Part shown: in pieces, positions 56,538-64,000 of the stretch
Layout: each line of letters begins with the position of its first letter
Numbering within the stretch: the first letter of the stretch is position 1
Assembly (NCBI GenBank): GCA_016839785.1
Contig: JAEOTQ010000034.1
Location: forward strand, 1,206 to 65,205
Length of the DNA stretch: 64,000 nucleotides
From: Candidatus Hodarchaeota archaeon
Lineage (GTDB): Archaea > Asgardarchaeota > Heimdallarchaeia > Hodarchaeales > Hodarchaeaceae
Direction: 5' to 3'
Position numbers and translations under genes: made by a program
The notes under the pieces: model-generated
Told to the model about the DNA's origin: nothing
Database searches by the model: none
The model's input: the letters and a program-made list of their open reading frames with translations, nothing else

Positions 56538-57911
56538 ATGAATACTATGAAACTAACACCTTATGGTGGTATTGATGAAATTGGGGGAAATTGTTTCCTG
56601 TTTGAAGCAGAAAAAGCGAATGTTCTCTTAGATTTTGGTCGTTCCTTTAAAAATGAAGGAATCTATTATGCTGGTTATCTCCTCCCTAGAACGAGCCAAG
56701 GTTTAACTGATTTCCTAGAGTTTAACATCATCCCTAGAATTAATGGATTATATGCTGATGAGTTTAATGTCAATTTTTTGGGAGAAAGAAAGAAGATCCA
56801 TGGTTGTTTCTTGTCACACGCACATATGGATCATTACGGAAATATTAATCTGTTATCTGAGGATATTCCTGTGTATATGGGGGAAACTGCAAAAATTATT
56901 CTTTCTTCTGTTCAGGAAACCTCACGACCTAGGTTTGGAAGACCATTTATCAAACCCGCCTCTGAAAGTCAACCTTCTAATGTCCGAACATTTCGCACTG
57001 GTGATTCAATCCAAATTGCCCGTCTAACCATTACTCCAGTTCACGTAGATCACTCTATACCTGGTGCTTATGCATTTATTATTGAAGATCGAAAGGAGGA
57101 TCTAGTTATCGGCTACTCAGGGGATGTACGTTTACATGGTTGGCGAGAAGATCTTACTACAGACTTCATTAAAATAGCGAAGAAGAAAGGAGTACAAATT
57201 TTATTGATGGAGGGGACGAATGTTAATGAGGATTTTAACTTAAATGAACGTCAGGTCCAACATGACGTATCAGAAACTATTCAAAAGACTGAAGGTTTGG
57301 CCATTGCAAATTACACACTGAGAGATATTGATAGGTTTAGGAGTTTCTTTATTGCAGCAAAGGAAAACTCACGAAAGCTTTTGATAAACTTAAAACAAGC
57401 TCACTTGTTGAAACTACTACAGAAAGATACAAATCTGGATATTCCCTCCTTTGATGACCCTAATATTGAGGTCTATCAGCGTCCAAAAAGCAGATACTAT
57501 CGTTGGGAACAAGAAATTATTAATGATCCTATCATCCAAATCATTGATAGTCCTGATTTCCCACAGGAAGAGTATGTTTTTCACTGTGATTTTTGGAATC
57601 TAACTGATTTAATTGATATACAACCAAAAGCAGCGACGTATTTTTATTCACATGGCGACCCTTTCTCTGAAGAGGGACTAATTGACTATAATCGTATGAT
57701 GGAATGGGTGAAAGCTTTTAAATTTGATTTCCATCAATTTCATGCCTCTGGACATGCACCTCGAAAAGACTTAAGGCACATTGTCAATGAAATTTCCCCA
57801 GAAATACTGATCCCTATTCATAGTGAACATCCAGAAAAATTTAAAGAAATTGTAGACATTCCCTTAATTCTTCCCTCACGTGGACATAGTATCAACCTTG
57901 GAAAGTCATGA
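56538..57911 (+). CDS. Metallo-beta-lactamase/beta-CASP ribonuclease, archaeal RNase J-like
   Basis: MKLTPYGGIDEIGGNCFLFE..VLLDFG, SHAHMDHYGN (HxHxDH), late HASGHA. Size (~450 aa) fits archaeal RNase J. Confidence 0.6.
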   Translation: MNTMKLTPYGGIDEIGGNCFLFEAEKANVLLDFGRSFKNEGIYYAGYLLPRTSQGLTDFLEFNIIPRINGLYADEFNVNFLGERKKIHGCFLSHAHMDHYGNINLLSEDIPVYMGETAKIILSSVQETSRPRFGRPFIKPASESQPSNVRTFRTGDSIQIARLTITPVHVDHSIPGAYAFIIEDRKEDLVIGYSGDVRLHGWREDLTTDFIKIAKKKGVQILLMEGTNVNEDFNLNERQVQHDVSETIQKTEGLAIANYTLRDIDRFRSFFIAAKENSRKLLINLKQAHLLKLLQKDTNLDIPSFDDPNIEVYQRPKSRYYRWEQEIINDPIIQIIDSPDFPQEEYVFHCDFWNLTDLIDIQPKAATYFYSHGDPFSEEGLIDYNRMMEWVKAFKFDFHQFHASGHAPRKDLRHIVNEISPEILIPIHSEHPEKFKEIVDIPLILPSRGHSINLGKS

Positions 57912-59087
57912 GAAAAGACTAAAAAATGTCTCGAAGCCGACTGTTAGATGGATAAAATCAATCAATCCAAATGCAAAAGTAAGAGCAAATAATTTTGTTA
58001 ATAATCTTCTTTCGTTAAATGGTAGGATGACTATCAGGGAATAAAACCACATCCAGTACCATGGAAAAGCTGTTGTATATATTTTTAAAAATGTAAGAAG
58101 TAATAATAAAGGAATCCAATACCCCCGTTCTATGATCCCTTGGATATTGAATGAGAACTTAAAATCTTTTGTAAATGGTTTCAACCAGAGAATTAATCCC
58201 AAGAATAATATTCCAGTTGATAAAATGGATGATATATATAGTTTTGAAATCATTAATGGATTTGAGGGAATTTGCCCCGAATATTGATTTAAATCCCCGA
58301 AAAAACTGAAGTACGCTAAAATAAACTGTGACCATAGTAAGGGGAAGGACATTAGTAATATGGTTCCTATTAACAGTAAAATACCGGAAAACATTCGTTT
58401 CATTGATTTATAATCTTTTACAATTAAATATGGGAGAATGAGTAATGTAACATATTTCCAATGAAAACCAAGGCCTACTGCTATATAACTTGCTTGATTG
58501 TTGTGAGAGTACAGTGCAATCGAAATCAAAAAGAAAAATATGGTAATAGAAGTTGATTGGCCCTCGATTGCAGAGAAAGGGATCGCAAATAAGAGATAAG
58601 AGAGTGTAAAACCTTTTTCAAATAGCTCAAGGTTTTTTGATTCATCTTCAAAAGCTGTAAACCGTTTCAACAATCCAAATATTAGAAGAGTATTAAAAAT
58701 ATCGAATATTGAAAGAAACCATTTGGCTGTAATCTGGGGGAAAGGAAGAATTGAAATTCCAGCCCAAAATAAGAGTTGTAGAGTCGGATAATCATAGGTT
58801 GTATTAGGATAGGAAAGAATACCTGATGTGGGATCACCAATGGAATAATTAGGATCGATTTCGAGAGGAGTCATGTCATAAACTTGAAAACCATACTCCC
58901 AAAAAGCCTCTCCATAGAAAAGATTCCTTTCAAAATCACTAGTAAACTTCGGGATGAGGAAAAACCCTAATATGATATGAGCTACAATCAGAAAAAAGAA
59001 TAAGTACTTGAGAGACCCGAGTTCTTGAATAAACGATCTAAGTGAATTGCTACTCTCCTTTCCAAGATTTTGCAATTTAAATAGCAT
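57906..59087 (-). CDS. Polytopic membrane protein, possibly a GT-C-type glycosyltransferase (DUF2029-like)
   Basis: About 11 hydrophobic segments, with an extracytoplasmic loop ..YDYPTLQLLFWA.. resembling GT-C/DUF2029 first-loop motifs. The assignment is weak. Confidence 0.35.
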   Translation of the reverse strand: MLFKLQNLGKESSNSLRSFIQELGSLKYLFFFLIVAHIILGFFLIPKFTSDFERNLFYGEAFWEYGFQVYDMTPLEIDPNYSIGDPTSGILSYPNTTYDYPTLQLLFWAGISILPFPQITAKWFLSIFDIFNTLLIFGLLKRFTAFEDESKNLELFEKGFTLSYLLFAIPFSAIEGQSTSITIFFFLISIALYSHNNQASYIAVGLGFHWKYVTLLILPYLIVKDYKSMKRMFSGILLLIGTILLMSFPLLWSQFILAYFSFFGDLNQYSGQIPSNPLMISKLYISSILSTGILFLGLILWLKPFTKDFKFSFNIQGIIERGYWIPLLLLLTFLKIYTTAFPWYWMWFYSLIVILPFNERRLLTKLFALTFAFGLIDFIHLTVGFETFFSLFS

Positions 59088-59564
59088 GCTAGATCACTCA
59101 TGAAATCTGACGAAACCATTTTGCATAATTAGATTGATAGTTATTTCATCAGCAATAGTAATTAATATTTTCAAAACTAAGTATATTTGTGGAGTCGACT
59201 AAATCTAGTTTTCACTCCGACTAACTTAAATTTTCCCTCTAATTTATGACTTTACTTCCCACCTTTTTCTCCTTACTACAGTTATTTATTTTTTATAAAT
59301 TAGAGATACTTTGAAAGACACTTTTGATCACTTAAGTGTAGCAAATATTAATGTAAATGAGCTTCAATTTCGTGAAGTACCTACTGATGACATGAGTGTT
59401 GTTACGGAGATAATAATTCCTAATCCAGTTGATAAATGTAGAAATAACCTAAAATTTTTTATTAGATTAGTTTTTCTTTTTTACGTCGGTTTTTCTAATG
59501 TATAATTAAAATTCAAATAATTTAAATAGTTCGAAAATATAATGTATCACTCGAGGCTTCTCAC

Positions 59565-60755
59565 TTGGTTTCTCCTGGAAAATCATTTCTAGAAGGCAAA
59601 AAACATTCACGGCATTGGCGTGAGCAATTAAATTTTGCTCAGATGCTTAATGCTATTTTTCAGGATGATTTTCCATTATCTTTTCCTCAGAGTTATGTTA
59701 ATACTTCTGAAATTCAAAGATTAAGCCATTTACTTGGACAAATGGTGAATGCAACGCCTTTACCAAATGAAATATTCTCCTTAACACTTTTAGGTGCCCA
59801 AAGAATTGGTAAATCTTCAGCTGCACGCTTCATTTCTCAAGAAATTAATGAAATGATAGGCCCCAATTATTCTCGCTATGTGAAGTACGATCATCAATTT
59901 TGGGAGTGGTGGGAAGAGACTGATTTTTCCCAGACCCAAATTTTCTTCTTTGATGATATTTTTCCCATCTGGGATGATTTATCCTTTACCTCCTTTCAAG
60001 ATCTTCTTCAACGCTCTAAATATGATAACATTATTGTTGTGACATTATTAAATACAATTGAAGACCATTGGTTAAGAAAAAAGTCTAAAAGTGAGGATTT
60101 ACTTCTATTTGGTCATAAACCTCTCTTCTTCCATTTTAAAAAACCAGATCAATCTGAAATACAACAGATGGTAGAAAAAAGAATGGATATTTTAGAAAGT
60201 ACTCATTTTCTACCTCAGAATGTTATACGCTATGCAAGTGTTCTATCATTCGGTCTTCCAGGACTCGCCCTTTGGCTTCTGAGAAATATTCCACTAAAAG
60301 TACTCGATCGGAACCAAGTACAAAAATTAACTCTAGAGGATTTTCAAGTTGTTGTATCAAGATTAAATTTTGAGAAAGCTCTAAAGCTCATTATCGACAA
60401 TAATTCACGAATTGTCCAAGAAGACAATGATGAAGCTGGAGGGGAATTCTGGCCTATAATTGAGCCATTAAAGGACATATCTCCCTCATTTGTACGATCT
60501 TTAACACGTATCAAAAAAAACATTATCCCTAAGAAGGGAATTTTAGAAGAAATGATCTTTCTAGATTATTTAGAAGGATCAATACAGCGATCAGAACTCC
60601 AAGAAAGGTCAGGAATAAAAGATTCTTCCTTAACGTATCAATGTCAGACCCTTCTGAAGTCAGGAATTATTTCCTACTTCAAAGAAGGAAGAGATGTTTA
60701 CTACCGTCTTTCCTCCCCTGTGAAAGAAGTCTTAGAACTGTTGTTCTTTAATTAA
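59565..60755 (+). CDS. P-loop NTPase with C-terminal winged-helix domain (Orc1/Cdc6-like or 'archaeal ATPase'-like architecture, highly divergent)
   Basis: Walker A GAQRIGKSS, Walker B IFFFDDIF, C-terminal SELQERSGIKDSSLTYQCQTLLKSGIISYFKEGRDVYYRL (wHTH-like). TTG start. Confidence 0.45.
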   Translation: MVSPGKSFLEGKKHSRHWREQLNFAQMLNAIFQDDFPLSFPQSYVNTSEIQRLSHLLGQMVNATPLPNEIFSLTLLGAQRIGKSSAARFISQEINEMIGPNYSRYVKYDHQFWEWWEETDFSQTQIFFFDDIFPIWDDLSFTSFQDLLQRSKYDNIIVVTLLNTIEDHWLRKKSKSEDLLLFGHKPLFFHFKKPDQSEIQQMVEKRMDILESTHFLPQNVIRYASVLSFGLPGLALWLLRNIPLKVLDRNQVQKLTLEDFQVVVSRLNFEKALKLIIDNNSRIVQEDNDEAGGEFWPIIEPLKDISPSFVRSLTRIKKNIIPKKGILEEMIFLDYLEGSIQRSELQERSGIKDSSLTYQCQTLLKSGIISYFKEGRDVYYRLSSPVKEVLELLFFN

Positions 60756-60768
60756 TAACTGTTCAGTT

Positions 60769-61788
60769 CTACATTGTTGTTATTGTCGATGTTTCCCCTA
60801 TTTTGTAAAGATTCTTATGAATTGAAAGTGGTACAGCGTCCAATAACCATAAGGTGCCATTTTCATCAAAAACAAACTCAATCATGTACCCTACTTCAAA
60901 ATCATCATGAATTTTTCTTGCTAATTGAGCCAGAGTGGAGATTTTTTCGGGATCCAGCGAAAGTATGGTCTTTCTTGTGGGATCGTTTTCAATAATTTCC
61001 AGTTGGTGGTTTTCGGGGGAAATATGCGATATTTTTTGTTTGTATGCATTAAATGTTTCGATAGGTTCTCCTATTTTAGTTTCAGACGGATCAATGATGA
61101 TATGGTCACATAACACTCCTTCCTCTGCTTGGTGTACTTGAGCTCCCCAATTGGCTTCTATGTGAACTTTTTCATCTTTATCGCTTTCTTCAATGTACAT
61201 TTTCCCGCTAACTTCTGCTTGAACCATTTTTTCGACAATGACCGCCACCCAAACACTATCAGGAGGGAGACCCGCACTTATCAGGTCCTTCAGTACATCA
61301 GCTGTATATGCAGACGCCCAACAATTCTTAACAACACGAATGATTTGGGTAATATCATTCATATGGAAATGAACTCCCCTTCCAGAGCAGACATGCCGGG
61401 ATGACCCTTCAACATTCGCTGAAGTACGAACGATTAATGCTTGAGAAGGAGACTTGTCTAATAAAGAAGATATAGCAGTAGCCATTTGATTTGCCATTTG
61501 CATTGGAACAGGGCTAAAATTTATTAAATCTTGAATTTCTTGAGCCGTTTCTGCAATAGTTGCTGGTGTAACTTGCTCAATTAATTGATCAATACGTTTT
61601 GTTCCTGGAGCTGTATTAAGATATCTTTTGAAAACTTTTGTTGAAATTACAATCCCCTTGGGGATATGATACCCTCTTGCCATTAGTCGTGAAAGAGAAC
61701 ATGCTCTATCACCAAATGTATCAGCACGAGCATAATCTACCTCAGATAATTTAAGAATTGGTTGCGATTGATACATTTGACAACTCAT
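60769..61788 (-). CDS. PEP/pyruvate-binding (PPDK_N, ATP-grasp) domain protein; stand-alone N-terminal module of a PEP synthase/pyruvate,water dikinase
   Basis: GDRACSLSRLMARGYHIPKGIVISTKVF..YL and the later ..VRTSANVEGS.. resemble the PpsA/PPDK nucleotide-binding domain. No phospho-His or PEP-utilising domains follow. Confidence 0.6.
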   Translation of the reverse strand: MSCQMYQSQPILKLSEVDYARADTFGDRACSLSRLMARGYHIPKGIVISTKVFKRYLNTAPGTKRIDQLIEQVTPATIAETAQEIQDLINFSPVPMQMANQMATAISSLLDKSPSQALIVRTSANVEGSSRHVCSGRGVHFHMNDITQIIRVVKNCWASAYTADVLKDLISAGLPPDSVWVAVIVEKMVQAEVSGKMYIEESDKDEKVHIEANWGAQVHQAEEGVLCDHIIIDPSETKIGEPIETFNAYKQKISHISPENHQLEIIENDPTRKTILSLDPEKISTLAQLARKIHDDFEVGYMIEFVFDENGTLWLLDAVPLSIHKNLYKIGETSTITTM

Positions 61789-62007
61789 CCCTTCATCAGA
61801 AATACTAGAGAAGAACTACTATGTCTTGTTTCAAGGATCAATGGAAGTATGTTCTAGGGAAAAGAACTTTCCATACTCCTTTCATGTGATTCTTTTTATA
61901 ACTTCAATCTTTAAATTTCTATCGACTTTCTCTATTCTCAGAAAAATCAGAGAAATGTGTAAACCTCTAGAGATTCTAGTTGAAGATATGAACTTAGTAT
62001 TGTTTTC

Positions 62008-64000
62008 CTAAGATTCCATCATAGTTTTCTGTGCACTAGGAGAATAATATCGGAGCAAGAGACTATTTGAAACCACAGACACCGAACTAAAGGCCATCGC
62101 TGCCGCAGCTATCTCAGGAATAAGTAAAATTCCGAAAGGAAGGAATAAAACACCTGCAGCCAAGGGAATACCGAGAACATTATAAAAAAAAGCCCAAAAA
62201 AGATTTTGTTTGATTTTAGAAAGAGTTTTCCCACTTAATTGAATGCTAGCTACCACATCTCTGAGATCTTCTTTAATAAGTACAATATCACCAGTTTCAA
62301 TTGCGATATCGGTACCACTTCCTATTGCAAAACCAACATCAGCTTGAGCTATTGCTGGAGCGTCATTTATTCCATCTCCCACCATTCCCACAAATCTTCC
62401 TTCCTTTTGAAGGTTTTTTACAATTTCTGCTTTATTTTGAGGGAGAACTTCTGCAAAAACTTCAGTAATTCCTAATTCCTTAGCAATAGCTTCAGCGGTT
62501 CGACTATTATCACCTGTAACCATATAAGTTTGGATACCCATCTCATTAAGAAGTTGAATCGTGATTTTACTAGTGTCCTTAATCGGATCTGCAATTCCCA
62601 TTAATCCAACAAGTTCTTTGTTAAGAGCAATTAAAACAACAGTTTTTGCCTGATTCTCTAATCTCCGCATCATTTCTTCTATAGCATCTGTAATTAATCC
62701 CGCTTCTTCATGCATTTTTCTATTGCCTACTGTTACAATTGTCCCATCAACACGTACACGAACTCCTTTACCTGGAACAGCTTCAAAATCCTTTGGTTCC
62801 CATAATGAAATACTTCTTTCACTAGCAGTTTCTATGATTGCTTGAGCAATCGGGTGCTCAGAACCTCGTTCTGCAGAGGCAACCCACCTCAGTACATCTT
62901 CTTCAAGCAAGTTTTCCTTTAATACAATGATATCTGTTACACGAGGTTTTCCTTTGGTTAAAGTCCCTGTTTTATCAAATATTAGTGCATTAATTTTTTG
63001 TGCTGCTTCTAATGCTTCAGCATTTTTGATTAATATTCCTTTTTCGGCGCCTTTTCCCGTACCAACCATAATTGCCGTCGGAGTAGCTAATCCTAGTGCG
63101 CAAGGACAGGCAATCACTAAGACAGCTATCATTAATTTTAGAGAGAATACAAATGGGGTCATGTTTAACTCTGTGATTAGTGACCTAGGTAGAACGCCTG
63201 AAACAAAAAGACTAAACCAAACCAAAAAGGTAACGATTGAGATAATGATCACAGATGGGACAAATCGTCCTGAAACAACATCCGCAAGACGTTGAATCGG
63301 AGCCTTAGATGCTTGTGCGTCCTCAACTAATTTAATGATTTGAGCTAAAGCTGTGTCAGCACCGATTTTAGTGGTTTGGATCTTCAATAATCCGTTATTA
63401 TTAATTGTTGCTCCAATAACTTTATCACCTACGGACTTTATTACGGGCATAGACTCCCCTGTTATCATTGATTCATCAACTGTTGATTTCCCTTCTAATA
63501 TGGTACCGTCAACAGGGATTTTCTCACCTGGACGAACCAAAACTACCATCTCCAAGGTTACATCTTCAATAGGTATTTTTCGTTCCTGATCGCCGAATAA
63601 CACAGAAGCTTCTCTGGCTTGTAGGTCTATTAATTTACGAATAGCTTGAGAAGTTTGACCCTTCGCTCGAGCCTCTAAGAATTTTCCTAAGAGGAGAAAC
63701 ATAATCAAGAAGGCTGCGGTTTCAAAAAAAACTTCAGCTTTCAAGATAAATAATGAAACAACTGAGTACCAAAAGGCTGCATTAGTTCCCATGAAGACAA
63801 GGACGTCCATATTGAATTGACCATGTCGAAGTACTTTTATTGCACCTCGGTGGAACTGCCACCCAGCAAAGAACACGACTGGAATGGTAAAAAACATAAC
63901 CACTAATTGTCTGGTATTTAAACCCTGAATAAAGGGATCAGGTAAAGGGAGAGGAACTCTTAATCCCAGAACATACCCAAGGCTATACAAAAAGACTGGA
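62008..64000 (-). CDS. copA: Heavy-metal (Cu+/Ag+-type) P1B-type ATPase; the N-terminus lies beyond the window end
   Basis: TGES, CPC ([13 protein letters not shown]), [15 protein letters not shown]. The ORF stays open to nt 64000. Confidence 0.88.
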   Translation of the reverse strand, partial: PVFLYSLGYVLGLRVPLPLPDPFIQGLNTRQLVVMFFTIPVVFFAGWQFHRGAIKVLRHGQFNMDVLVFMGTNAAFWYSVVSLFILKAEVFFETAAFLIMFLLLGKFLEARAKGQTSQAIRKLIDLQAREASVLFGDQERKIPIEDVTLEMVVLVRPGEKIPVDGTILEGKSTVDESMITGESMPVIKSVGDKVIGATINNNGLLKIQTTKIGADTALAQIIKLVEDAQASKAPIQRLADVVSGRFVPSVIIISIVTFLVWFSLFVSGVLPRSLITELNMTPFVFSLKLMIAVLVIACPCALGLATPTAIMVGTGKGAEKGILIKNAEALEAAQKINALIFDKTGTLTKGKPRVTDIIVLKENLLEEDVLRWVASAERGSEHPIAQAIIETASERSISLWEPKDFEAVPGKGVRVRVDGTIVTVGNRKMHEEAGLITDAIEEMMRRLENQAKTVVLIALNKELVGLMGIADPIKDTSKITIQLLNEMGIQTYMVTGDNSRTAEAIAKELGITEVFAEVLPQNKAEIVKNLQKEGRFVGMVGDGINDAPAIAQADVGFAIGSGTDIAIETGDIVLIKEDLRDVVASIQLSGKTLSKIKQNLFWAFFYNVLGIPLAAGVLFLPFGILLIPEIAAAAMAFSSVSVVSNSLLLRYYSPSAQKTMMES

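Noticed and set aside
56538-57911. MBL-fold protein immediately downstream of the SPPY methyltransferase, considered as a possible non-canonical restriction nuclease
   Set aside because: The N-terminus (KLTPYGGIDEIGGNCF...LLDFG), the HxHxDH motif and the ~450-aa size fit housekeeping archaeal RNase J. Adjacency alone is insufficient, so I kept only a mention inside the methylase-island finding.
59311-59505. 64-aa ORF in the long AT-rich intergenic region
   Set aside because: It has no RBS and no motif. The track start at 59311 is a non-ATG (TTG) codon, and the composition is typical of non-coding AT-rich DNA.
1-64000. Search for CRISPR arrays, rRNA/tRNA genes, transposases, integrases and long nucleotide-level direct or inverted repeats
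   Set aside because: None could be recognised by eye. Intergenic regions are short and AT-rich without regularly spaced repeats. A computational scan (tRNAscan-SE, Infernal, a CRISPR finder, a self-dotplot) would be needed for certainty.

Overview
This is an AT-rich, gene-dense archaeal chromosomal window with about 50 protein genes. I found no rRNA, tRNA, CRISPR array, transposase or integrase. All domain calls rest on motifs read by eye in the supplied translations; no database search was possible. Housekeeping content includes POR alpha/beta subunits, UvrB and UvrC, Lpd-like and NADH-oxidase/CoADR-like flavoproteins, an aminotransferase, AlaX, RidA, an RNase J-like MBL protein, an Mtq2/PrmC-like methyltransferase and a CopA-type P-type ATPase. 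Archaeal Topo VI together with three Ras-superfamily small GTPases suggests an Asgard (Loki-like) archaeon, which is an inference only. Four loci stand out. (1) A tightly coupled minus-strand topoisomerase super-operon, gyrB-gyrA-top6B-top6A. Its Top6B is 2,318 aa: a normal ~530-aa GHKL/H2TH/transducer core plus a ~1,740-aa tail of ~27 tandem HhH/alpha-CTD-like modules, reminiscent of the Topo V tail. Its Top6A carries a ~100-aa N-terminal extension that aligns by eye to ubiquitin. (2) A methyltransferase-rich island at about 47.3-56.5 kb. A Cas4/Dna2-type nuclease + SF1 helicase with a C-terminal RING/PHD-like zinc finger lies 22 nt upstream of a gamma-class N6A methyltransferase, which resembles a split Type ISP layout. 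Convergent with this pair are a DUF1156/COG1743 Zn-ribbon methylase and a beta-class methylase, and a fourth methylase (SPPY motif) lies nearby. No recognisable classical restriction endonuclease is present. (3) A DUF499/COG1483 ATPase, the usual partner of DUF1156 methylases, sits alone ~46 kb away. (4) A small-GTPase neighbourhood containing a motif-degenerate GTPase, a Zn-ribbon protein and a 955-aa protein with a possible Roadblock/longin-like N-terminus.
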